A stretch of 32,000 nucleotides of DNA from Candidatus Scalindua sp. (GCA_031316235.1 JALDRA010000001.1:810001-842000), one strand, 5' to 3'; positions 8,857-16,698 are shown, numbered from the stretch's first letter. The notes: a model not told the origin generated them from the sequence alone. Numbers and translations are program-made.

Positions 8857-9357
8857 AGTGAAGAGACTCCATAGTTACTCAGTAATTAATTATTCTTCTT
8901 GAGGAAATGTAGTTTAAAAATGCTATAAAGTTTCAGGAGTAGAATTGATGCTAAGAAGAGCTTTTGCTCTATCATCAAAAGTATCCTTCACACGTAAGTC
9001 TTCAATACGTGCAGATAACAAGCCTTTGCACCCGGGGCGCACCATTATCACCATTCTGCATCATTGTTCTCGAACCGTTTCAAATAAATTCAATCATACG
9101 ATAATTTACTACCCTGCTTTTGTTTCAAAAAACTCATGGGTAAAAACGTACATCCTCGTAAAAGCTGCATACTTTTAGCCATACATGACCCTAGTTAAAC
9201 ATATTATGCATTTAGCAGAGAAGCTCACCAATTAAAACATATTTACAAACGATAAAGGTAAACTCTGAGTGATCAGGGGACGTAAAGTAACAGGGTCTTA
9301 ACGCATATACAGGAAAAAGACTGTTTTACTGAATAGATAGTTTTTCTGCCGAAGATG

Positions 9358-9449
9358 TATACTCATCTCATACTGGATTTCGGATAAGATCCGAGATAAA
9401 ATTGAGCGAGTATACCTTCACCAAGATTTGGTTTCCGGTTTTAGTATAT
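9358..9449 (+). repeat. A-family repeat, copy A3
   Basis: 5' hairpin module plus a shortened 3' module ending TTTTAGTATAT. Confidence 0.8.
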
Positions 9450-9451
9450 TC

Positions 9452-9616
9452 CAGTAGTGTCCGGTTAGGTTTTTGCGTATTTAATTTATTGCCCCAAAAC
9501 TGTCATTCCCGCATGTTTTTAGCGGGAATCTATGATGAAACGAGTCTCTGGATACCCGATAAAGCCGTTCGGGTATGACGAAAGGCGCCTAAGCAAAACC
9601 TAACCGGACACTGTTG
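9452..9616 (+). mobile_element. B-family MITE, copy B1 (165 bp, ~28-bp TIRs, 9-bp TSD AGTATATTC)
   Basis: Left arm CAGTAGTGTCCGGTTAGGTTTTTGCGTA, right arm CTAAGCAAAACCTAACCGGACACTGTTG. Direct repeats AGTATATTC lie at 9443-9451 and 9617-9625. There is an internal hairpin ATTCCCGC..GCGGGAAT. Confidence 0.85.
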
Positions 9617-9846
9617 AGTATATTCGAAAGGATATCTTTTCAGTAAGGCTTTTTTTGTTTGAATAAGGTAATATATCGAAATAGTTTTATGCTGTTTCTG
9701 ATCTCCCTCGCGCGTTTCTCTTGTCCTGTCAGCGAGAACGATAGGTGGGTGGGGAACGTTTTATGATTTGTTAGATCGGTAACTTATCATTAAGCATTAC
9801 CAGTTTGTTATTTTCTCACTACTTCAAAATAGAAAGGTGGAGATGA

Positions 9847-10157
9847 CAAGACGATCTGCAAAAAGAACGTGAGGCTGCAAAGAAATCTCTGAAGAGAGAT
9901 TTTGGTTTTAACCGTATTGTGGGAGAGAGTAAGGTCATCCGGAAACTCCTTGATGACATTAAAAGAATATCTTCCTGTGACGTCAATGTCTTGATTACGG
10001 GTGAAAGTGGTACGGGGAAAGAGCTCTTTGCAAGGGCCGTTCATTACATAAGCTCAAGAACCGGAAAACCATTTATACCCGTCAACTGTGGCGCTATACC
10101 CGAAAACCTCTTTGAAAATGAACTTTTCGGCCATGTAAAGGAGCCTTTACGGATGCC
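9847..10157 (+). pseudogene. Sigma54-dependent transcriptional activator, AAA+ domain fragment
   Basis: GESKVIRKLLDDIKRISSCDVNVLITGESGTGKELFARAVHYISSRTGKPFIPVNCGAIPENLFENELFGHVK. Adding one nt gives GAFTDA. The fragment has an in-frame stop just upstream at 9844-9846 and loses similarity after about 10157. Confidence 0.75.
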
Positions 10158-10318
10158 AGTAATTGTGGCACAGAATACTCAGAATTTGATGGTATAGCTA
10201 AACGGTTGTTATTATAGACCATAAAATGATGTCGTGTCCCAGCAAATGGTCCATCGAAGCCTAGTTGGCATAACCGTCGAATGAAATTCCTCCTCTTACA
10301 TGGTGTCCACCGACTCAC
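10158..10318 (-). pseudogene. hicA: HicA-like toxin, C-terminally truncated or chimeric
   Basis: From the GTG at 10318: VSRWTPCKRRNFIRRLCQLGFDGPFAGTRHHFMVYNNNRLAIPSNSEYSVPQLLA. The reading frame then runs into the antisense of the sigma54-activator fragment. Confidence 0.5.
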
Positions 10319-10568
10319 GGAGAGGCTCCTTGTTAAGGTCGATATTTTCAATAATTGGCAAAACATGACCAAGCTTTAGGCCAACCAGTATCCAATCCTC
10401 AAGGACAGATCGTAATTCATCCTGACATTTATGTAATGAGGTACCAAACGCAATAACCCCTTTACAAGTTGGAATCCTTGCGCTAAAAGTGTCGTCTTCC
10501 AGTTTGTCATATACAGCTTGCGCCATGGCTTGTTCTATATATTCGCTCAGAATATAATTAGTTTGCAT
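10296..10568 (-). CDS. hicB: HicB-family antitoxin-like protein (UPF0150)
   Basis: From the ATG at 10568: MQTNYILSEYIEQAMAQAVYDKLEDDTFSARIPTCKGVIAFGTSLHKCQDELRSVLEDWI. It overlaps the downstream hicA-like start. Confidence 0.6.
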   Translation of the reverse strand: MQTNYILSEYIEQAMAQAVYDKLEDDTFSARIPTCKGVIAFGTSLHKCQDELRSVLEDWILVGLKLGHVLPIIENIDLNKEPLRESVDTM

Positions 10569-10687
10569 AAAAAATTCCTTTTTATTGCCATTTTTTATAA
10601 ATTTTGTAGTAACAGTAATGCTTATTGAATAATACAGAATCAGATAAGTCAAGGTAAATTAGTTGGATAAAGTAAAAGGGGAGCATT

Positions 10688-11470
10688 CCCGATTTTTTGT
10701 AAAATATAATAAAAAGATCTTGACTTCCTCGTTGCTTTCAACGATAATACTTCCATGAATTATCCAGGCGGCAAAGGAGGAGTATTCCAAAAGTTAATCA
10801 ATCTTATGCCACCCCATGATGTCTACATAGAGACTCATTTGGGTGGTGGTGCTGTTATACGGAACAAACGGCCTGCCAGGAGTAATTTTGGGATAGAAAT
10901 TGACTCGGAAGTTGTTGAGATGTGGACGAATATGCATCCAATAGATTTTGAACTGGTCCATGATGACGCAATTAATTATCTGAATAATTATCATTTCAAA
11001 GGAAAAGAACTGGTATATTGTGACCCACCATATCTTCGCGAGACAAGGAAAAAATATGGACAGCTATATAAATATGATTATAGCCGTGCGCAGCATCGAA
11101 CTTCTGGAAGTTTTGAAAACTCTTCCCTGCATGGTGATGATATCCGGTTACGAGTCAACCTTATACAAAGAATCATTACGTAGCTGGCAGACACATTCTT
11201 TTCAGGCCGTCTGTCATCATGGCGTAGCAACTGAGTGGTTATGGATGAACTATAGTGTTCCGGTAGAACTGCACGATTATCGTTATCTTGGCAATGACTT
11301 TCGTGAGCGGGAACGGATAAAGAGGAAGACCAGAAGGTGGACAGCGAAACTTCAATCCATGCCTGTATTAGAGCGCCAGGCGTTACTATCCGCCATAGAT
11401 GTAGTCAGGGAGCGATAGAAGTCTTTTGAAAGGGAGAATTTTTGGCTTGTGTGGTCAGAAGAAAGATCAG
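10688..11470 (+). mobile_element. IS with methyltransferase passenger, copy 2: left end plus MTase pseudogene; transposase lost
   Basis: Same left end and promoter as copy 1. Similarity to the intact copy fades about 50 nt after the MTase stop. Confidence 0.85.
10755..11418 (+). pseudogene. Dam-like MTase with a 2-bp deletion
   Basis: CAGCACATCGAAC in copy 1 (about 6071-6083) reads CAGCATCGAAC here (about 11091-11101). This splits the gene into ORFs 10755-11183 and 11020-11418. Total length is 664 nt versus 666 nt. Confidence 0.9.
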
Positions 11471-11593
11471 AGAACCGGTTATCTGAACTTAACCTTCGTA
11501 TCTTCTACAAATCGTCTACTCCCTACTGCGATATGTGCTGTCCAACAGGACTCTCTCCTGAGGCCATTATCATTAATGGCAGCTATGAGTAAC

Positions 11594-11618
11594 ACTTATC
11601 ATGTTCCGACCCCGCCCC
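11594..11618 (-). repeat. Solo tip of the second (IS200-like) Y1 element 5' end
   Basis: ACTTATCATGTTCCGACCCCGCCCC resembles 18006-18030 (ACTTATCATGGTCAGACCCCACCCC) and 14401-14426. Confidence 0.4.
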
Positions 11619-11681
11619 AAAACACCTGTTGACTGTTATCCCTCTACCCGCGCGCAGGGGTAACCATTAGGAGGAATCTAA

Positions 11682-13196
11682 TTACCCCAAAAAGGTTTTA
11701 TAGGCTGGATTATTGGTCTCTTCCTGATAGGTATATCCGATTTTATCGAAAAACTCATAGGCAAGTTTTTTATCACCCTTGTCAACCTGAAAACCTACCA
11801 TCACCCGGCCATAGGCGGCACCGTGGTTGCGGTAGTGGAACAGGGAAATATTCCAGCGCTGCCCTAACGTTTGCAGGAATTTCATTAACGCACCGGGGCA
11901 CTCCGGAAACTCAAAACGAAATATGACTTCCTCAGCCCCGGCTGGCGCATGACCACCCATCAAATGGCGCACATGCAATTTAGCCATTTCATTATCCGTC
12001 ATATCCGTCACCGGATACTTTTTATCGATCAGTTGCTCGATAATCTCTCGTCTTTCGGCATCACCTTCGCGTAGCTGCACGCCGACAAACACATGCGCAT
12101 CAACGCTATCTGCATAGCGGTAGTTAAATTCAGTAATATTACGTTTACCTAACGCGCCACAAAAGGCCTTAAAACTGCCCGGCTTCTCAGGAATGGTGAC
12201 GGCCAAAATCGCTTCACCCTTTTCGCCCAATTCTGCCCGTTCGGCAATATGGCGCAGGCGATCAAAGTTCACATTGGCGCCACTATCAATCGAGAGCAAC
12301 GTCTGACCTTTAATGCCTTCGCGCTCTATGTATTTTTTCAGACCCGCTGTGGATAATGCACCAGCTGGCTCAGCAATTGAGCGGGTATCGTTGAAAATAT
12401 CTTTAACAGCGGCACAGATTTCATCGGTAGTGACCGTAATAATTTCATCAACACATTCGCGGATAATTTTGAAGGTTTCCTTACCTGCCTGCGCTACCGC
12501 CACCCCATCGGCAAAGATGCCCACCTCCGGCAGCGTAATGCGCCGATTTTTTTCCAGCGCCCATTTCATGCAAGCAGAATCTTCTGCTTCAACACCGATA
12601 AGTTTAACCTCAGGGCGTACATAACGGATGTAAGCCGCCACTCCGGCCAACAAACCGCCACCGCCTACTGGCACAAACACCGCATCCAGCGGCCCGGTGA
12701 CCTGCCGTAAAATCTCCATGCCCACCGTACCCTGACCAGCAATCACCTCTGGATCATCAAAAGGATGCACATGCGTCATGCCCTTTTCCATGGCCAGTTT
12801 TATGGAGTACTCGCTGGCTTCATCGTACGTATCACCATGCAACACCACTTTAGCGCCACGCGCTTTCACAGAAGCCACTTTAATAGGCGGAGTAGTGTGC
12901 GGCATCACAATGACAGGTTGGATGCCCAGTTTTTTACCGGTTAATGCCACACCCTGCGCATGATTTCCGGCCGAAGCCGTAATCACACCACGCTTGAGCT
13001 GTGCGTCAGAAAGCTGAGAGATTTTGTTGTAAGCGCCACGCAATTTAAAAGAAAACACCGGCTGCAAATCTTCACGCTTCAGTAAAATGCGATTGCCAAC
13101 ACGCTCCGATAGTGACGGCATCTCATCCACTGGCGTTTCAATGGCAACATCATAAACACGTGCCCTGAGAATTTTCTTTACATAAGGCTGCAGCAT
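11682..13196 (-). CDS. ilvA: Biosynthetic threonine ammonia-lyase (threonine dehydratase)
   Basis: 504 aa, collinear with E. coli IlvA as I remember it (PLP-lysine motif FSFKLRGAYN, SAGNHAQGVA, GGGGL, and the C-terminal regulatory domains ending NPAYKTFLG). Confidence 0.93.
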   Translation of the reverse strand: MLQPYVKKILRARVYDVAIETPVDEMPSLSERVGNRILLKREDLQPVFSFKLRGAYNKISQLSDAQLKRGVITASAGNHAQGVALTGKKLGIQPVIVMPHTTPPIKVASVKARGAKVVLHGDTYDEASEYSIKLAMEKGMTHVHPFDDPEVIAGQGTVGMEILRQVTGPLDAVFVPVGGGGLLAGVAAYIRYVRPEVKLIGVEAEDSACMKWALEKNRRITLPEVGIFADGVAVAQAGKETFKIIRECVDEIITVTTDEICAAVKDIFNDTRSIAEPAGALSTAGLKKYIEREGIKGQTLLSIDSGANVNFDRLRHIAERAELGEKGEAILAVTIPEKPGSFKAFCGALGKRNITEFNYRYADSVDAHVFVGVQLREGDAERREIIEQLIDKKYPVTDMTDNEMAKLHVRHLMGGHAPAGAEEVIFRFEFPECPGALMKFLQTLGQRWNISLFHYRNHGAAYGRVMVGFQVDKGDKKLAYEFFDKIGYTYQEETNNPAYKTFLG

Positions 13197-13309
13197 AATA
13201 AGGTAGTTGATGGGTGGTCTGGAGTCGGGCCATGCTATCCACTTGGAAACATTGAGTTACTATCCCAAGAAATGAAATTCCTTTCCATTTTTTTTATAAA
13301 CTCTTTTAT

Positions 13310-13981
13310 TCAACCACCACTTAATGCTCGTGGATCCAGTACTTTAACCTTCACATCTGACGGGATTATAAGTTTATCTTCCGGGATGGAGATGTTTTCC
13401 TGTATCTCTGTCGCTTCTGTAATTACTCCCATTGCTGCTACATCCTGGTCCTTCCTCAATGCAATCCCTTTCCATATCCATGCCCTACTGTAAGGATAAT
13501 CTTTTTCCCAGACATCACATACCCTTCCGAGAATCTCTTCGGTGCCAATTTTCATTGCGCCAATTGCTACGTCCATGTTGCTACCGGAATTTCCTTGAAG
13601 TGCTTTATACCCTGCATTGTTCATCCTTATGGCTGTTCTGGAGTTAAGGTCAATATTGTATACCCATTTGCCATTTTCTGCGATTAAGATCATGAAATTC
13701 CTCTCAAGTTCTATACCCCTCATCTTTGTGGTAAATTTTTTGTATCTTGCCTCACATCTTCCCCAGTCGTCAATATAAACGGTTTCTGTACCGTTATTCA
13801 TTCCCGAAACTTTGTACTTTATGATTGCAGATTTCAACTCAGGGTAACGTCTGGATGATTCAGTCGATGCTTCTGTTTCGGATACCGTTTTTAATTCTGA
13901 AACGGAGGTGACATTTGCACACGATATAGTCATGGTAATAATTACTAAAGACATGATAAGGCAAAAAGACATATTTTTCAT
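13310..13981 (-). CDS. Hypothetical lipoprotein
   Basis: The start at ATG 13981 is preceded by AGGAG. MKNMSFCLIMSLVIITMTISC is a signal peptide with a lipobox-like TISC. The longer ORF-track start at 14098 is unlikely. Confidence 0.65.
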   Translation of the reverse strand: MKNMSFCLIMSLVIITMTISCANVTSVSELKTVSETEASTESSRRYPELKSAIIKYKVSGMNNGTETVYIDDWGRCEARYKKFTTKMRGIELERNFMILIAENGKWVYNIDLNSRTAIRMNNAGYKALQGNSGSNMDVAIGAMKIGTEEILGRVCDVWEKDYPYSRAWIWKGIALRKDQDVAAMGVITEATEIQENISIPEDKLIIPSDVKVKVLDPRALSGG

Positions 13982-14131
13982 TTTTTCTCCTGTTTCAAAT
14001 TTATTCATTTTCAATGTTTTACTCAAAATGAGCTTAAGAAAGTAGCATTTACTCATAGAATTTACCAGTGATAAATTTGTGATTTCCCTGTCATACAAAG
14101 GATACTTTTTACACTAATCATAACTGCTTAG

Positions 14132-14311
14132 GGTCCAGGAAAAAATAACTTGTTGTTTTATAGCGCTCAGTTTTAGATCAGATTTGGTCGATCTGATCGA
14201 GCAGGACCGCAGGCGTAGCCTTAGCTACAGCGAGGATACTGCGAGTGAAGACCGGCCGAAGGTGGCCTGAAAATGAGATGCAAGAACGACAAGTTATTCT
14301 TTCCTGAAACC
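14132..14311. mobile_element. C-family MITE (180 bp, ~27-bp TIRs, TTAG target duplication)
   Basis: GGTCCAGGAAAAAATAACTTGTTGTT versus the reverse complement of the right end, GGTTTCAGGAAAGAATAACTTGTCGTT (23/27). TTAG lies at 14128-14131 and 14312-14315. The interior is GC-rich with the hairpin GATCAGAT..ATCTGATC. Confidence 0.65.
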
Positions 14312-14316
14312 TTAGT

Positions 14317-14426
14317 TAAACACCGATTTTCTGTACTAAAAACAGGTATTTAAGGATAAAAATGTCACCCCTTTAAAGGTTATCTCTTTGTGCAACGGCA
14401 ACTTATCATGATCAGATCCCGCCACC
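14317..14426 (-). repeat. 5'-end fragment of the second (IS200-like) Y1 element
   Basis: About 110 nt match 17921-18030 (TTCTGTACTAAAAAYAGGTATTTAAGGATAAAAATGTCACC...CTTATCATG). Confidence 0.7.
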
Positions 14427-14433
14427 GACGCGC

Positions 14434-14508
14434 CAAATTCAATACGCCATTGTCTTGCCATAACAGACATAGTAACACAAACTACCTTTTACTGATCAAG
14501 GTGGCCCC
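14434..14508 (-). mobile_element. Y1-DnaA_C element remnant: right terminal repeat, promoter region and first ~8 codons
   Basis: AAATTCAATACGCCATTGTCTTGCCATAA...CTACCTTTTACTGATCAAGGTGGCCCC matches 16293-16384 with an internal deletion. Confidence 0.75.
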
Positions 14509-14530
14509 AGTTGTACGTAATACAATATAA

Positions 14531-15319
14531 TTATAACATAACTAAGCTTGCTGCCATTACCATCATTCCTAAGATTATTCCGATGATGACGGTGTGGCTG
14601 TGGCCATAGCGGTGAGCCATTGGGAGCAATTCATCCATTGAGATATAGATCATAATTCCTGCGACAAATGCCAGCAATCCGGCTAAAAAACCAGGTGACA
14701 GAAAAGGCATTAAAAAGGCATAGCCTACCAGTGCGCCGAGTGGTTCTGACAAACCTGAAATCGCAGAGAAGAAAAAAGCTTTGTTTCTGTTTCCGGTTGC
14801 GTAGAATATCGGCATTGAGACGGAGATGCCTTCGGGTATGTTATGGATCGCTATTGCGATGAGGACACCAAGTCTTGTGTCAGACAAAGCGGCTCCGAAT
14901 GTTGCCAGCCCTTCGGGGAAATTATGTATTCCTATTGCCAATGCCGTCATCATTGATGCGCGAAGCAGTTTCTTATCCTGGAGTGTTTTTTTGTACGGAT
15001 TCTGCAGGTTGTTGAAATGGTCAGGATTTTCGGATTCCGGGATGAAAAAATCAATTATTCCGATGAAAAATATGCCTATGAAAAATGCCACGACCGCTTT
15101 TAGTTGACCTAATGTTTGTACGGCACTTGTAAGCAGTTCCATAAACGAGACGTATATCATCGTACCTGCGGAGAAGCCAAGAGAAAAGGTCAGGTAACTT
15201 AAGCGAGGTTCTTTGATGAAATAGGCAATTGCAGCGCCGATCATCGTTGCAGAACCGGCGAGGGTTGTCAGCAATAATGCCATTTTAATATTAGCAGAGG
15301 TATCCACATCAAGCTCCAT
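14531..15319 (-). CDS. zupT: ZIP-family zinc transporter ZupT
   Basis: 262 aa with multiple TM segments and the motifs GIHNFPEGLATF and AIAIHNIPEGISVS. Confidence 0.9.
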   Translation of the reverse strand: MELDVDTSANIKMALLLTTLAGSATMIGAAIAYFIKEPRLSYLTFSLGFSAGTMIYVSFMELLTSAVQTLGQLKAVVAFFIGIFFIGIIDFFIPESENPDHFNNLQNPYKKTLQDKKLLRASMMTALAIGIHNFPEGLATFGAALSDTRLGVLIAIAIHNIPEGISVSMPIFYATGNRNKAFFFSAISGLSEPLGALVGYAFLMPFLSPGFLAGLLAFVAGIMIYISMDELLPMAHRYGHSHTVIIGIILGMMVMAASLVML

Positions 15320-15349
15320 TTATTCGAGGGTAAGGTCAAGTGAGGGTGA

Positions 15350-16382
15350 GGTCAAACCTTGATTAGTGATCTAATCTCCGTTACCCTCTTATTCAATTTT
15401 CCATCTTTCGTTATCTTTGATTTCATAATAGCTACCCTTCGACTTATGGATGAATAACCAAGACCAAACAAATTACCAATTTCCTGGTTATTATACCAAC
15501 CGGTACTCCACAGAAGATAGATTAATAAATCACGATTTAATTTATCTGAATCACTTATCCTTGAGGATCGTAAAAAATCACCCGTATCGCACTTTAAAAC
15601 TTTTGCCGCTATCTTCAGAATTTTTTCAGGATTATTATCTCTTAATACTTGCCTTTTTTGAGGAATTTCAACATCTGGGTTTTCTGACAAATACTGAGAC
15701 TTTATACGGTCAATAAATTCCTGGGAACCAAAAAAAAGGCCATGTCGAAAATCTTCCCATATTTTTGTTTCTTCTTTAGAGTAACTTTGTACCATTTTCC
15801 TATATGCCAGGTGCTTGTTTTTTGTATCGAAAAGAGAAAGAATAGGCTTTGTAATCAACCACTCCGGTGATTTCTTGTCATAAGCATAAATAGAATAACT
15901 GCTCCATGGATAGTCAGCCAGTCTCCTCACTATTCCTGCACGCAGAGGATTTCTATGGATATAACAGGAGAGAAGCATAAGGTATTCATCATTTTCTATA
16001 AGAAAGCTTTTGAAGCGCCCTTGAAAAAGATGTCTATTTCGCTTGTGTTTAATATTATATTGACGTGTATAGGTTGTTCCAAACCATTGCATGCCTTTAG
16101 AAATATTGGGCTTATTAGTTTTCAGTAACAAATGGTAATGATTATCCATGAGGGCATAAGCGTAAACTTCAATAGCAAACCTGTCTGACATTTCCCCCAG
16201 AGTGTCCAGGAATAAAATACGGTCATCGTTATCTCGAAAAATATCCCTTCGTTCATTTCCTCGTGATAAGATATGATAGTAAGCCCCTTCAAATTCAATA
16301 CGCCATTGTCTTGCCATAAAAGACACAGTAGCACAAGCTACCTTTTAATGTCAAGCGATTAATCACTGTTCAAGGTTTGACC
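15350..16382 (-). mobile_element. Y1-DnaA_C element, intact copy (1033 bp) with terminal inverted repeats
   Basis: Left end GGTCAAACCTTGATTAGTGATCTAATC. Reverse complement of the right end GGTCAAACCTTGAACAGTGATTAATC. The TGA stop of the gene lies inside the left repeat. Confidence 0.8.
15352..16317 (-). CDS. HUH/Y1 (IS200-like, RayT-like) transposase fused to a C-terminal DnaA-domain-IV-like HTH, 321 aa
   Basis: ATG at 16317 (MARQWRIEFEGAYYHILSRGNERRDIF). HUH is at DNHYHLLL and the catalytic-Tyr region at CYIHRNPLRAG. The C-terminal RDLLIYLLWSTGWYNNQEIGNLFGLGYSSISRRV resembles the DnaA C-terminal HTH. Confidence 0.8.
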   Translation of the reverse strand: MARQWRIEFEGAYYHILSRGNERRDIFRDNDDRILFLDTLGEMSDRFAIEVYAYALMDNHYHLLLKTNKPNISKGMQWFGTTYTRQYNIKHKRNRHLFQGRFKSFLIENDEYLMLLSCYIHRNPLRAGIVRRLADYPWSSYSIYAYDKKSPEWLITKPILSLFDTKNKHLAYRKMVQSYSKEETKIWEDFRHGLFFGSQEFIDRIKSQYLSENPDVEIPQKRQVLRDNNPEKILKIAAKVLKCDTGDFLRSSRISDSDKLNRDLLIYLLWSTGWYNNQEIGNLFGLGYSSISRRVAIMKSKITKDGKLNKRVTEIRSLIKV

Positions 16383-16577
16383 CCAGTTGGCCCACCCTCT
16401 CATTCATTATAGCATTATAAGGAAGATGCCAACAATGTACTTCACACAAATAATGGTTACTCATAAGACAATAAGCTGAAATATACCCAGGTACTGTATC
16501 CATTTTATTCATTAATCCATGTCATTATTGGTTGAATATAAATACAAATTCATGTAAAATTTAATCCTTATTGATGA

Positions 16578-16691
16578 TATACTCATCTCATGATGGTTTT
16601 CGGATAAAATCCGAGACAAAATTGAGCGAGTATACCAGTAACCAGGATTTGGTTTCCGGTAAAACTGAAAACCAAATCGGTTTTAGTATAT
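16578..16691 (+). repeat. A-family repeat, copy A4 (5' and 3' hairpin modules)
   Basis: The TATACTCATCTCATGATGG...GAGCGAGTATACC module is followed by GATTTGGTTTCCGGTAAAACTGAAAACCAAATCGGTTTTAGTATAT. Confidence 0.85.
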
Positions 16692-16698
16692 TGAAGCT

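Noticed and set aside
8945-9178. 77-aa ORF in the 500-bp gap between the dead Y1 copy and repeat A3
   Set aside because: It has no RBS, an odd composition and no motif. The region looks like non-coding debris, and I could not assign it to any repeat family.
12313-12963. Plus-strand ORFs inside ilvA (12313-12624 and 12778-12963)
   Set aside because: These are shadow ORFs antisense to a full-length ilvA and have no recognisable domains.
14132-14311. Possible attC site (long imperfect palindrome with AATAAC...GTTATT arms and a GC-rich core)
   Set aside because: The arms pair over about 27 bp right to the tips and are flanked by a TTAG duplication. This fits a MITE better than an attC. The 12-nt match ACAAGTTATTCT shared with 29806-29817 is within what chance allows in 32 kb of AT-rich DNA.
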